The notes beneath the pieces are model-generated. The model was given only the letters and a program-made list of their open reading frames with translations. It did no database searches and was not told where the DNA came from. Below, piece after piece: positions 22,892 through 32,448 of a stretch of DNA of 64,000 bases (positions within the stretch are counted from its first letter, which is position 1; each line of letters starts with the position of its first letter). The stretch covers positions 62,001-126,000 of the IMG/VR virus record IMGVR_UViG_3300027770_000026; one strand, 5' to 3'. Made by a program: the position numbers and the translations under genes.

Positions 22892-25306
22892 TTACTGGCA
22901 GCTTTCGCACACCTCATCTGCCTCTACTTTTGCAGCAGTTGTAGTGCTGTTTTCAGTAGATGTCAGCTTGTTAATGTTGGTTGCTGCCTTGCTGCGTAGG
23001 TAGTAAGTAGTTTTGACCCCGTTTTCCCAAGCATACATGTACATTGCACTCAATTTTTCAATTTCCGGGGTAGTCATAAACAGGTTTAGACTAGCAGCCT
23101 GGTCAATAAATCGACCACGTGCCACTGCCAAATCAATTAGGGCCCGCTGCTTAATTTCCCAAACAGTCTTGTAGATATTCTTGATATTGTCGGGAATGCT
23201 TGCGATATCCTGAACACTACCATTGGCTGCTTTGATCTGATTCATCATGTCCGGGTTCCACAAACCTAATGCTGTAAGGTCGGCGACCAAGTACTTGTTA
23301 ATAGTGATAAATTCACCGCTCAACGTTTCGCGTTTAAAAAGGTTGCTAATCTGCGGCTCAGTGCATTCATAAGCACCACAGATACCACTAATAGTTGCGG
23401 TAGGTGCAACAGCAATAAGCAAACTATTGCGTAATCCATGTTGTTTAATTTCTTCCTTTAGTTCAATCCATCTCTTATCTTGATTGAGATGATCAGCGCC
23501 GCCTGCTAGATCAAACTGTAGTTTACCCTGTGCAGCATGTGTATGTTCAAAGTCACGATGTGCGCCGTGCTTCTTGGCTAGTTCGCAAGATGTTTTGAGC
23601 GCAACGTAATAAATCTCTTCTTGTATCTTGGCTGCAAGTTCATGTGCAGTCTGGCTTTCAAATCCCAACTTGAGTTGGAACAACATGTCCTGCCACCCCA
23701 TTAAGCCCAGTCCAACTGGACGCCAATGGTTGTTGCTGTTCTTAGCTTCGGGCACTGGATAGAAGTTCTTGTCAATGACACGGTCTAGGAACTTGACAGC
23801 CACTGCTATATTCTTGCGCAGCTTCTTGTAATCAACCTTGCCGTCGTGTGTAACATACTTGGCTAGGTTAATGCTGCCTAGATTGCATACTGCGATCTCG
23901 CCGCTTTCCATTACTTCCAATTCATCAGTCATGGGATTGTAGCCAATCACACGAGCATTGTTAGCATGCTCTGGCAGGAAGTCTTCGCGTTTGACACGAG
24001 TACGCCGGCCAGCAAAGGTTGGCTCGATAATTTCAGTACATAGGTTACTATTACGAACAACATGTCCATTTACTGCACTGTTGCAACGCTTGTTACTGGT
24101 GTCCTTCCAAGTCATCCAACCATTGCCAGTTTCAGCAAGTGTACGCATCATACGAGCATAAACCTTACGTGCTGGCAACTGCTTGACGTATTCCCCAGCT
24201 TCTTCTAGACGCTGATATTCTGTATCAAAGTCTTCGCCAAACAGGTCAAGTAATTGTGGATGCAGGCTGGGTTCAAACAAACTCCACACGCTATCTTCCC
24301 TGAGACGCTTCATAAACAAATCTGGAATCCAGTTAGCTAGATTTAGATTGTAGGCGCGCTTCTCTCTGTCACCAGTGTTGTCACGCAGTTCCAAGAACTC
24401 CATGATGTCCGGATGCCATGTTTCCAAGTATACGCAAGCACTGCCCTTGCGCTTGCCACCTTGATTAACTGCTGCTACGTTTGAACTTAGGCTGTGCAGG
24501 AATGGAATGATACCATTGCTCTTACCGTTAGTGCCCTTGATCAGTGCGCCACTGCCACGTACACGGCTGTAGTTAAGACCAATGCCGCCTGCCCACTTAC
24601 TGAGCTGTGCAATGTCTGCGTGACGCTTTTCAATATCTTCCAGCTCGTCTAGCGGACTATCCAGCAAGTAGCAACTGCTCATCTGACTATGCTGCGTACC
24701 ACTGTTGAACAGCGTTGGCGTGCTAGTCATATATTCGAGACTGCTGAGCAGGTTGTAGAGTTCAACGGCCTCATCAACCGACTCAGCAAGACCGCAACTT
24801 ACTCGCATTAGAAAGTACTGAGGTGTTTCCAACACCAGTCGGCGTGTTGGATGCTTCAGCAAGTAGCGGTCATAAACTGTTCTGATACCGTAATATTCAA
24901 ACAAGTCATTACGTTCAGGCTTTACTGCGTGATTTAATTTACGCTTGTTAGATTGTACAAACTCTTGTACTGTCTTGTCAATAAGGCCAGCCGTAAAACA
25001 TGCGTCTACACTCTGACTAAAACTTTCTACATCCTGGCCACTTACTTCCTTGTCGATGTAGCGGCTTAGTAGGCGCGCAGCAACACGACTGTATTCAGGG
25101 CTTTCTGCAATAAATCCCACTGCAGTTTGAATGCTGAGTAGGTCTAGTTCAGTAGTTGGTACACCATCATACAAACCTCCTACAGTCTTAGTTGCAATCT
25201 TGTAGGGATCAATATCTACTAAACCATCACTCACAAAGCCTAGTGCTCGTGTAATCTTTTCCAAATTAACTTCTTCTAATGCGCCGGAACGCTTGCGTAC
25301 TTTCAT
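22892..25306 (-). CDS. nrdA: ribonucleotide reductase class Ia alpha subunit
   Basis: ATP cone, TPTLFNSG, SSCYL, SNLCTEI, VCNLGS, APTA, KTTYYLR, C-terminal CESC. Confidence 0.98.
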   Translation of the reverse strand: MKVRKRSGALEEVNLEKITRALGFVSDGLVDIDPYKIATKTVGGLYDGVPTTELDLLSIQTAVGFIAESPEYSRVAARLLSRYIDKEVSGQDVESFSQSVDACFTAGLIDKTVQEFVQSNKRKLNHAVKPERNDLFEYYGIRTVYDRYLLKHPTRRLVLETPQYFLMRVSCGLAESVDEAVELYNLLSSLEYMTSTPTLFNSGTQHSQMSSCYLLDSPLDELEDIEKRHADIAQLSKWAGGIGLNYSRVRGSGALIKGTNGKSNGIIPFLHSLSSNVAAVNQGGKRKGSACVYLETWHPDIMEFLELRDNTGDREKRAYNLNLANWIPDLFMKRLREDSVWSLFEPSLHPQLLDLFGEDFDTEYQRLEEAGEYVKQLPARKVYARMMRTLAETGNGWMTWKDTSNKRCNSAVNGHVVRNSNLCTEIIEPTFAGRRTRVKREDFLPEHANNARVIGYNPMTDELEVMESGEIAVCNLGSINLAKYVTHDGKVDYKKLRKNIAVAVKFLDRVIDKNFYPVPEAKNSNNHWRPVGLGLMGWQDMLFQLKLGFESQTAHELAAKIQEEIYYVALKTSCELAKKHGAHRDFEHTHAAQGKLQFDLAGGADHLNQDKRWIELKEEIKQHGLRNSLLIAVAPTATISGICGAYECTEPQISNLFKRETLSGEFITINKYLVADLTALGLWNPDMMNQIKAANGSVQDIASIPDNIKNIYKTVWEIKQRALIDLAVARGRFIDQAASLNLFMTTPEIEKLSAMYMYAWENGVKTTYYLRSKAATNINKLTSTENSTTTAAKVEADEVCESCQ

Positions 25307-25373
25307 CGTAAACTCCTAAGAACTATTGTTAGTATCGTAGTGGTATTTACGTTAGTTGCAAGTGATACTCAAA

Positions 25374-26987
25374 TCATTCGATGAGTAAATTGGTTGCAGA
25401 AACTACCAATGTTGCGGCCGTTAATCCAGCATTATCGCAGTCAATTGACACTTCGCTTGTTGCACCGTCCCGTGATGCAGAGAATGAAATATCGTCATCT
25501 ACGGTTGAAGATCCAACATAATTGTACTCTTCTGTTAAGTCAAAACTAGTGGAATGTACTGCTAGTCGTAGTGTACCTGTTCTTGTATAACTAGTACCTA
25601 CTTTAAGTACGTATCGTATTTCCTGATGGTAGGTATTGCCATTGTAGCCTACACTAGGTTTTACACGTATCTCGTATAAATTTTCTGTTGTACCATCACT
25701 CACTGTATAACTGTATGTGCGTAATGTCTCTTTGAGCCCCCAACGGAAACGATCTTCTGAATTAGCGTATGCTATTGTTTGCGCTGCGCCAGACGATGTA
25801 ACGTTAATACGCTGTAGATCACCCGGAGTTAGTTCTGTAGCCAAACGATCAAAGCGATCCATCCAGCTGACACTACCTTCGCCTTCGCTAGTTAATACCG
25901 AATACAATGGAGAACCCGTACCTTGATTGCCCACGTTAACAAAACGATTACTAATACTGGTAAACTTTGTTGTATTTCCTGCGTAAATTGCTTCTCTGCT
26001 GATGTCATGGAAATAGCAATTCTGCACCGTAACGGGATCTAGTATGTCTGGGTCGGTGATATCTAAGTTTATACCAATCCAACAAGTATCAAACAAGCAA
26101 CGATCAAAGCTAATATCGTACAACAATTCAGTTTGCTCGAACGCACGACCTAGCTGACGAAATCTGCTGCCTGTCACTGTGATTTTACCACTTGCACTTG
26201 GACTTCCGGGACTAACAAAACCTAGTCCTATCTGTCCCGAATTAGTTACATCGCTGGAGATATCAGTATACGCACCCAAGAATTCTACACGATCTAATAC
26301 AAGATTCGTTGTGCTACGTAATTCTGTCATGTCTGTATCGGTTGTTGCCCAGAATGTAACATCACGTATTAATATGTTATTAGGTAGTTGGGTTGACACT
26401 AATCCCATCGAACCACCACTGTCGCCGTTTCCGTCTACTGTTCTAATTAAAGGAACAGTGCTATTTGTTTTGATAATAGTATTGCCCATACCGTCGCCAA
26501 CAATAATAGTGTTAGGAGGTAATTCTAGTGCGGAGCCAATTAGATATGTGCCCGCAGGGAAATACAAGGTCATACGTGTTTGTTGATCGCCTGTTCTGAA
26601 CAGATCACTTAGTGCTTGGTTGATTGCACCGCTACACTCGTTACCGTCACCGTCGGCTCCAAAGTCTCTAACTGATACAGTATCGTTAAGCTTGCTAGCA
26701 ATTGTACGCTCTACACCTGATGCAACGGGTGCTGCTACGCTATTGCTTGTAAATGTGAATGAGTTTGCTGTCGATCCTAAAAAGCCCAGCAACGATGCTA
26801 GATCAGAATGTTCTGTTAGTATTTCAGTATTACCAACATATGGCGCACCTTCTGCTAGGCTACCATTACCAATGTACAACTGTTGAGAATCTATTGCCCA
26901 ACCAAGTTCGCCACTAGCTAGTGGTGTAGGCAAATCTGCGCGATCGCCTCTGCGGTGTTGAATTCGAGTGATGTTGACAATGGCCAT
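25374..26987 (-). CDS. tail fibre/spike-type protein with pectate-lyase-like beta-helix
   Basis: RIQHRRG...L.SGELGW N-terminal anchor; VSVRDFGA.GDG, LYFPAGTY; late promoter upstream. Confidence 0.8.
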   Translation of the reverse strand: MAIVNITRIQHRRGDRADLPTPLASGELGWAIDSQQLYIGNGSLAEGAPYVGNTEILTEHSDLASLLGFLGSTANSFTFTSNSVAAPVASGVERTIASKLNDTVSVRDFGADGDGNECSGAINQALSDLFRTGDQQTRMTLYFPAGTYLIGSALELPPNTIIVGDGMGNTIIKTNSTVPLIRTVDGNGDSGGSMGLVSTQLPNNILIRDVTFWATTDTDMTELRSTTNLVLDRVEFLGAYTDISSDVTNSGQIGLGFVSPGSPSASGKITVTGSRFRQLGRAFEQTELLYDISFDRCLFDTCWIGINLDITDPDILDPVTVQNCYFHDISREAIYAGNTTKFTSISNRFVNVGNQGTGSPLYSVLTSEGEGSVSWMDRFDRLATELTPGDLQRINVTSSGAAQTIAYANSEDRFRWGLKETLRTYSYTVSDGTTENLYEIRVKPSVGYNGNTYHQEIRYVLKVGTSYTRTGTLRLAVHSTSFDLTEEYNYVGSSTVDDDISFSASRDGATSEVSIDCDNAGLTAATLVVSATNLLIE

Positions 26988-27030
26988 AGCGTTTCCTAAT
27001 CCTGTGCTGTATTTATAGCCAGATTAGGTT

Positions 27031-27711
27031 TTAGGTGCTATGGTATTTTTGATAGTATTGATCTACTCGTTCCCACCACTTGGTTTGATGCGCGGCCCAT
27101 TCGTCTCCCTCAATTTCAAATATCTGAGGCTCTAGGTCCTTGGTGCAAACCAGTACAACACCCTTTTTAATATCAGTTCCGTAGACTTCGTTGTGACATT
27201 CTGCGTATGCTACCAGCTGGCAGAAGTAATCCTCAATCCATTCACGCTTCTTGGGCTTGTTACTTTGTTTGAAGTCCATGATTGCAGGCGTACCTTTCCA
27301 TGTTCCCGCAAGGTCACAGGTTCCTGCATACAGTTCAGGAAAATACAGAGGAATTTCGTTACCCCATGCTTCAGTCAGATTGGGCTTTAGAACCTGTTCA
27401 ATCATTACGGTGGCCATCTTATGGGCGTGTTGCTGTACTAGATTACTACCTGGAGTCTTTTCTGCTTGGTGCAACCAGTTTTCAATAAACTTGTGCATGG
27501 TTGTACCACGCCCAGCAGCTTCCGTGGTAATGCGTTGTGCTTCCACTTCGCCCACACGTTTACGCCACGCAATTAAGTGCGTTTTGTCCTTAGTCTTATC
27601 GAGGATTGTGGTAACACTAGGTAGTGCAACATTACCCGGAGTAACGTAATAACGTCCCCGTGTTGTGCTTTCTCTAGTAAGTGCGTGATATTTGTATGGG
27701 TTTGTTAGCAT
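27031..27711 (-). CDS. PD-(D/E)XK exonuclease
   Basis: PSVTTIL, RGT.MH, YAGTCD, IMDFKQS, QLVAYA. Confidence 0.9.
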   Translation of the reverse strand: MLTNPYKYHALTRESTTRGRYYVTPGNVALPSVTTILDKTKDKTHLIAWRKRVGEVEAQRITTEAAGRGTTMHKFIENWLHQAEKTPGSNLVQQHAHKMATVMIEQVLKPNLTEAWGNEIPLYFPELYAGTCDLAGTWKGTPAIMDFKQSNKPKKREWIEDYFCQLVAYAECHNEVYGTDIKKGVVLVCTKDLEPQIFEIEGDEWAAHQTKWWERVDQYYQKYHST

Positions 27712-27741
27712 GATACAAATATGTATCACCTGCTAAAAGGT

Positions 27742-28089
27742 TTACCAAGTAATGTACCACAGGAACGTGGTGTTGCTAGTTGCTGCGTTTGCTACACGCT
27801 TGATGCCGTAGCCTAATTTACTAAAGTTATCAATCACAGCCTGCATGTTTGCACTTTTAGTATCATCTTCTACTGTGCCTTTCCATACATTGTAATATGC
27901 TTGAGCTGTGGTGAGCGGTGAACCTGCTGTGGTATTGGTCATAGTTGTACTACCACCAACAGCAGGATCGCGTAATGAGCTAGCTTGTATTGCTGCTAGC
28001 ACCGCACTTTCAATGGTGTGTATTTCGTTTAGCACAGTGGTGTTACCTACTGCTTGGCTACGTGCTTGTGTTGCGGTAGGGAAACTCAC
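27742..28089 (-). CDS. putative virion structural protein
   Basis: Thr/Ala-rich, ends F.WYITW; late block. Confidence 0.6.
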   Translation of the reverse strand: MSFPTATQARSQAVGNTTVLNEIHTIESAVLAAIQASSLRDPAVGGSTTMTNTTAGSPLTTAQAYYNVWKGTVEDDTKSANMQAVIDNFSKLGYGIKRVANAATSNTTFLWYITW

Positions 28090-28565
28090 AGACTTCTCCT
28101 CTTAGCAGCACGGGCTGCTGCTTTTCTTAATAGATCTGGACCAGCTGGTGCCTCGATTGCTGCTTCAGGTTCTGCCATAGCAGGCTCTGCACCCATTGGT
28201 GCACCGCCCATACCCATATCACCTTCGGGAGCAGGTTCTTCAGGTGGCATTTCTTCACCTTCGGGCGGCATGTCCATAATGGGTTCAGCTGCGGCTGCAG
28301 CAATGTCCGAGGCAACACCAGTTGCATCTACTTCAATATTGGTTTCGTCAAAGTTGCTAAACTTACTAGCTAGTTCCGGATTACTATTCATTACTGTTTC
28401 TAAATCTGACTTAGATAGTTCACCTGGATAGTCAATCATATGAGCTAATTGAGTGTAGTCGATAGAATAGGGCTCGCCCGTAGTCTTACTACGAGCAAGC
28501 ATAACTCCAATCGCATCTTTGATTCGAGAATTGATAGGATCCTCGATTAGCTCCATTAATCGCAT
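28086..28565 (-). CDS. acidic capsid-tagged protein (core/scaffold-like)
   Basis: MRLMELIE; Pro/Glu/Met-rich region, basic tail. Confidence 0.7.
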   Translation of the reverse strand: MRLMELIEDPINSRIKDAIGVMLARSKTTGEPYSIDYTQLAHMIDYPGELSKSDLETVMNSNPELASKFSNFDETNIEVDATGVASDIAAAAAEPIMDMPPEGEEMPPEEPAPEGDMGMGGAPMGAEPAMAEPEAAIEAPAGPDLLRKAAARAAKRRSL

Positions 28566-28566
28566 T

Positions 28567-29124
28567 TTACTTCTTTTTCTTCTTCTGCATCATTAGCATT
28601 TTAGCTGGCAGCTTCTTCTTAGCGCGTTTGGCTTCAAAAATCTTTCTTTCAATTGATTCAATCATGGCCTTCATTCTGCGCTCACGTGATTCACGCTTGC
28701 TGCGACCCAATGGTTCCTCGCCGCCTGCTGCAGTATCACCCATCGCTGCGCTCATATCCTCTTCACCTTCTGGTGCTGCGCCTTCTTCACCGCCTAGATC
28801 CATTGCTTGCTCAATGTCAGCTTCGCCACCCATTGGCATACTGCCGTCACCTGTGATAGCCAGTGTAGCTTGGTCCACTTGCTTGTTTGATTCTGTAACA
28901 GCGTCAATTGCTGATTGCAATGCATTGCTTACTGCAGTTTCAAACTTAGTTGCTGTATCGTTGTCGATGCTGGAACGTAGACCTTCTTTAATAGCAGGTA
29001 GCTCTTCAACCTTGAGTTTGGTCAACTTTGCTATCATGTCCTGCAGCTGATCTACCATGTCTCTTGCTGCTAGTTGCAGCTGAGCCTTTTCCAATTCACC
29101 TTCTAATAGTGTTTTTAATGACAT
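28567..29124 (-). CDS. acidic coiled-coil prohead core/scaffold-like protein
   Basis: LLE site, acidic linker, LGRSKRES; late promoter upstream. Confidence 0.65.
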   Translation of the reverse strand: MSLKTLLEGELEKAQLQLAARDMVDQLQDMIAKLTKLKVEELPAIKEGLRSSIDNDTATKFETAVSNALQSAIDAVTESNKQVDQATLAITGDGSMPMGGEADIEQAMDLGGEEGAAPEGEEDMSAAMGDTAAGGEEPLGRSKRESRERRMKAMIESIERKIFEAKRAKKKLPAKMLMMQKKKKK

Positions 29125-29149
29125 ACAAAAATTCCCGTTGTTATATTAT

Positions 29150-29548
29150 TTAGTCTAAAATATTTAATACCAGCCGCGCAAGCGACTGCATGTGTTCTCT
29201 GTGACGCTGCTCAGCCTGCTGCTGTTTGGCCACAAGTGGATCATCATTATCGTCCACTGCTTTGGCAATAGATTTCATGTGATTATCAAGTGAGCCTGCT
29301 TGCTCATCCAGTTGCTTGATCTGATTAGCAGTATAGTTATCATTCATTTGTAAACACCTTGCATAGCCCATAGCACCCATTCTGGTACTAAAGTTTTCTA
29401 CTACGCCCTTGCCCGTCATTATCCAATTACCTGATTGCCGATGACTGATCTTATAGGGACCAACTCGCACATAACGTGCGCTCTGTTCTCTGTAGGGCAA
29501 TAGATCAAACTGTTCGATAATTCTCTTGACACCGTCTAGCTTTTTCAT
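29150..29548 (-). CDS. hypothetical protein
   Basis: ORF track; ATGA overlap. Confidence 0.65.
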   Translation of the reverse strand: MKKLDGVKRIIEQFDLLPYREQSARYVRVGPYKISHRQSGNWIMTGKGVVENFSTRMGAMGYARCLQMNDNYTANQIKQLDEQAGSLDNHMKSIAKAVDDNDDPLVAKQQQAEQRHREHMQSLARLVLNILD

Positions 29549-29712
29549 TCCACTAACCCCTTTATTTTGAGACTGTGCAGAACGATTTCACGTTCCCGCT
29601 CAGTTAATTTACTCGTTTTTGGGTCATGGCGTAACTTTTTCAACAGGTCGCGTTCCTCATTACTGAGATGAACTTTCATTCGTATCTGACCCGTTAGTTC
29701 GTGTAGTTTCAT
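29545..29712 (-). CDS. small protein (55 aa) with capsid-tag-like start
   Basis: MKLHELTGQIRMKVHLSNEERDLLKKL...; below ORF-track cutoff; fills the gap exactly. Confidence 0.7.
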   Translation of the reverse strand: MKLHELTGQIRMKVHLSNEERDLLKKLRHDPKTSKLTEREREIVLHSLKIKGLVE

Positions 29713-29713
29713 T

Positions 29714-30019
29714 TTAGTGTGGCGTTGACATTATCATAGCAACCAGTCCTAATAGACCAGCAATTACTGTTGCACTGCTGGTAATGATGGCGGTTCTGAG
29801 GCTTTGACTTTCTTTGATATTTTCTTCGCGCAAGGCCTTGATCTCCACGAGATATTCCTGCCGCATATCTTTAACATCTTCTGCTAAACTATCAACTTTT
29901 TCTTCCACGCTGCTGATACGTTCTTGTAAACGTTGGTAACGCTGCCAGCACAGTTCTACGTGTGCTTCAAGATTTTCTTTTTCAATACCGGTCGCAATAG
30001 ACATAGGTGACTCCGACAT
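29714..30019 (-). CDS. coiled-coil protein with C-terminal TM (XhlA-like)
   Basis: IEKENLEAHVELC..RY, heptads, hydrophobic C terminus. Confidence 0.7.
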   Translation of the reverse strand: MSESPMSIATGIEKENLEAHVELCWQRYQRLQERISSVEEKVDSLAEDVKDMRQEYLVEIKALREENIKESQSLRTAIITSSATVIAGLLGLVAMIMSTPH

Positions 30020-30056
30020 AATTCCACCCTCGTTTGAGAAGGGGTACTGTTATGTA

Positions 30057-30392
30057 TCAGTCCCCAGTTGAATTATTTATGGCAATTGACTCAAAAGTTA
30101 ATAACGATTCCGCAAGTACTACTTTGCCTTTATGGTGCACCATAAGAACAGATAAGTCCTGTTTGAGCAATGCTTGATCGTCACCCCAGTATTCGGGACG
30201 CTCGAGGAATATTACTAATTCGCCTTGCTTCTTATTATTGATCAAGCTAACAACTTCAATCTGACTACGAAATCCTGCAGATGTAGTGAGTAGATTAAGA
30301 TTTTTTCGACCAATGGGGTCAGCTGGATCTATATTGAATTTGGTTGTAATTTTAATGTTCATACAGTATCTATCCTGATCTTGGATGAACAC
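30057..30392 (-). CDS. hypothetical protein
   Basis: ORF track; start may be MNIKI. Confidence 0.55.
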   Translation of the reverse strand: MFIQDQDRYCMNIKITTKFNIDPADPIGRKNLNLLTTSAGFRSQIEVVSLINNKKQGELVIFLERPEYWGDDQALLKQDLSVLMVHHKGKVVLAESLLTFESIAINNSTGD

Positions 30393-30393
30393 C

Positions 30394-30423
30394 CAAAAAG
30401 AAAGGGCCTTGCGACCCTTTCTT
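30394..30423 (-). terminator. intrinsic terminator, copy 1
   Basis: AAGAAAGGGTC-GCAA-GGCCCTTTCTT-TTT; identical to 30894-30923. Confidence 0.9.
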
Positions 30424-30444
30424 AATTAACAGTTTAAAAAACTA

Positions 30445-30837
30445 TTACAGCTCTAGATCCTTAGCTGTTACTGTTGATGCACTTAGGTCAACTGCACCAA
30501 CTAGGTTCAGCGCACGGATTGCATCACGTAGTCCGGTTGCTGCTGTGAGATCTGCATTAGCACCGCCTGGGTACTCAACGGCAAATGACTGCTTGGTTGC
30601 TGAACCAATATAACCATCGTTTACACCAGCAAATACTGAACCAATGTATGCGATTGTGCCGTAGTTCTGAATTGTGTTGATCACTGCAGTTATTGCGCCC
30701 GAAGGGCCTGTTTCTGCTGCTACGTTCGATGCACCAGCTGAGCCAATGTACGCAACTGTGATAAACTTTAGCGATGTACCCTGTAGGTTGACATTGCCTA
30801 CTGTTGCTGCTGGGTTAACTTTTGTAATACCTACCAT
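30445..30837 (-). CDS. small virion (decoration-like) protein, paralog B
   Basis: MVGITKVNPAAT; late promoter, leader hairpin, AGGAG. Confidence 0.7.
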   Translation of the reverse strand: MVGITKVNPAATVGNVNLQGTSLKFITVAYIGSAGASNVAAETGPSGAITAVINTIQNYGTIAYIGSVFAGVNDGYIGSATKQSFAVEYPGGANADLTAATGLRDAIRALNLVGAVDLSASTVTAKDLEL

Positions 30838-30893
30838 AAAATAATCTCCTAGTAATGTAGTCTCTTGGACTATGCTTTTATTTATGCAAAACT

Positions 30894-30923
30894 CAAAAAG
30901 AAAGGGCCTTGCGACCCTTTCTT
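30894..30923 (-). terminator. intrinsic terminator, copy 2
   Basis: Identical 30 bp to 30394-30423. Confidence 0.9.
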
Positions 30924-30944
30924 TATCAAAATAATACTATTGTA

Positions 30945-31283
30945 TTACTTGGTCAGTGTTGTAGTTGCTACTGTAGCTGAGTTGTTTGCCTCTGTTGCAG
31001 CAACTGCGGTCTGCAATGCTGTAATTGATGTTGCGTCAACTGGACCACCGCTTACACCAAACATCTGCTGTGAACCAGTGTCGTACAATGGGCCAATTGC
31101 TTCAATTGTGTAGCCCATGTTGTCAAACACGCGAAGAACCTGCTGCTGAATACCTGTTACACCAGCTGGTGTTGCACCACTTACGTCGTCGATGTAGTCA
31201 ACAATCAAGAATGTAATATCGCGACCAACTAGCTCAACGCCTGTTGTTGTTGCTGATGGGTTTGCCTTTGAAATACCTGCCAT
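30945..31283 (-). CDS. small virion (decoration-like) protein, paralog A
   Basis: MAGISKANPSAT; TATAAATA, leader hairpin, AGGAG. Confidence 0.7.
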   Translation of the reverse strand: MAGISKANPSATTTGVELVGRDITFLIVDYIDDVSGATPAGVTGIQQQVLRVFDNMGYTIEAIGPLYDTGSQQMFGVSGGPVDATSITALQTAVAATEANNSATVATTTLTK

Positions 31284-31354
31284 AAAATTAATCTCCTATA
31301 TATTTGCTTGCTGCTGCAAGCTGTAATGTATTTATACTCTAAAGGAAAAATGGG

Positions 31355-31993
31355 CTACTTTCCCAGTCTTTTCCCTATCTGATAACCAATTGTTGCCACT
31401 GCACCCACCGTAAGTGCCCACATCAGCAAGCTCTTGCCCATGCTAGTATGGGCTTTTGTGGAGCCAATGTCCAACATGTCGCTTTTTCCGCCAAACGGCC
31501 CGTAGTACCGCGCCATGTCTGCTAGTAATTCTTCACGCTGATGCACAGATAAGTGTTCAAAATCGCCCACGCGACGACGAACACCCGTTAGCATGGAACT
31601 GGATATGTCAAAACTGCGTTGTGCATCCATGGTAAACTTAGCATAGTCTGAATTCTTTGCTCTTCCCACACTAGCATCACGTAGAATTTTCATTAACAAG
31701 GGTATATTGATAACGCCGTGTCTGATGCCTAGCTTGGTGCGATGCTCGGGACTGTTTAATGCTGTGGCTGCGTTGTACAAGTCAGTACCAAACATACGCC
31801 AACGCATGAACATGCCGCTGTCTAGAGAATTCTTTGCATACTTTTGTGCGGCTTTTTCGTTTTGAAACAGTACTACTGCACCAAGTTCTAGAAACAACAA
31901 ACGCATAACACTGTCAGGTCCAACTTTGCTTAGTTGTCCCACGCGGCTTAGTGCCCGTCCTTCGTCTAGTTGTTGTATGAATTCTAATTGCAT
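31355..31993 (-). CDS. late protein with C-terminal TM
   Basis: TAAATA 5 nt before MQLEFIQQLDE; TDLYN motif. Confidence 0.75.
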   Translation of the reverse strand: MQLEFIQQLDEGRALSRVGQLSKVGPDSVMRLLFLELGAVVLFQNEKAAQKYAKNSLDSGMFMRWRMFGTDLYNAATALNSPEHRTKLGIRHGVINIPLLMKILRDASVGRAKNSDYAKFTMDAQRSFDISSSMLTGVRRRVGDFEHLSVHQREELLADMARYYGPFGGKSDMLDIGSTKAHTSMGKSLLMWALTVGAVATIGYQIGKRLGK

Positions 31994-32001
31994 GTGAGTA
32001 T

Positions 32002-32448
32002 TTAGCGTTCGTCAGCTTGTTGCATGAGTTCAACGCTGTCGTCGTCTTGCAGCAGTTCACGAAAGCCTGGATGCATGGGCTTAGGCCAATGTCCGTAGCT
32101 GATCCATTTGAATTCAGAATTTTCCCAGTTCAGCTTTGGTTCAAACTCTTCGAGAACAATTCCCAAGTAATTAAAATATACACTTTCATCTGAGATGTTT
32201 ACTAGCATGGGCATGAGATTGATTTCACCAAAATAGCCTGCTTCTTCACCTACTTCACGAAGCACTGTGGTCTCAGGTGATTCACCTGCTTCCATCTTGC
32301 CACCCCATGTGCTCCAATGATTGGGATAACTTATTTCTCTATTACTACGACGTGCAACACAGAACCTACGTGTCTCGGGGCAGAAGAATATACAGCCTGC
32401 AGCACGACGCTTCGTTTCGTTGGTAGGATGGAACTCATTTATTTTCAT
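32002..32448 (-). CDS. Nudix hydrolase with capsid-tag-like N terminus
   Basis: GGKMEAGESPETTVLREVGEEAG Nudix box; LNWE; MKINEF start. Confidence 0.92.
   Translation of the reverse strand: MKINEFHPTNETKRRAAGCIFFCPETRRFCVARRSNREISYPNHWSTWGGKMEAGESPETTVLREVGEEAGYFGEINLMPMLVNISDESVYFNYLGIVLEEFEPKLNWENSEFKWISYGHWPKPMHPGFRELLQDDDSVELMQQADER

Noticed and set aside
23900-24020. Extra segment of about 30 aa in NrdA between NLCTE and VCNL, possible intein
   Set aside because: Too short and lacks the C/S start and HN end; treated as a loop insertion
27031-27711. Cas4 or CRISPR association of the exonuclease
   Set aside because: No Fe-S cysteine cluster and no array or other cas genes; an ordinary phage PD-(D/E)XK exonuclease
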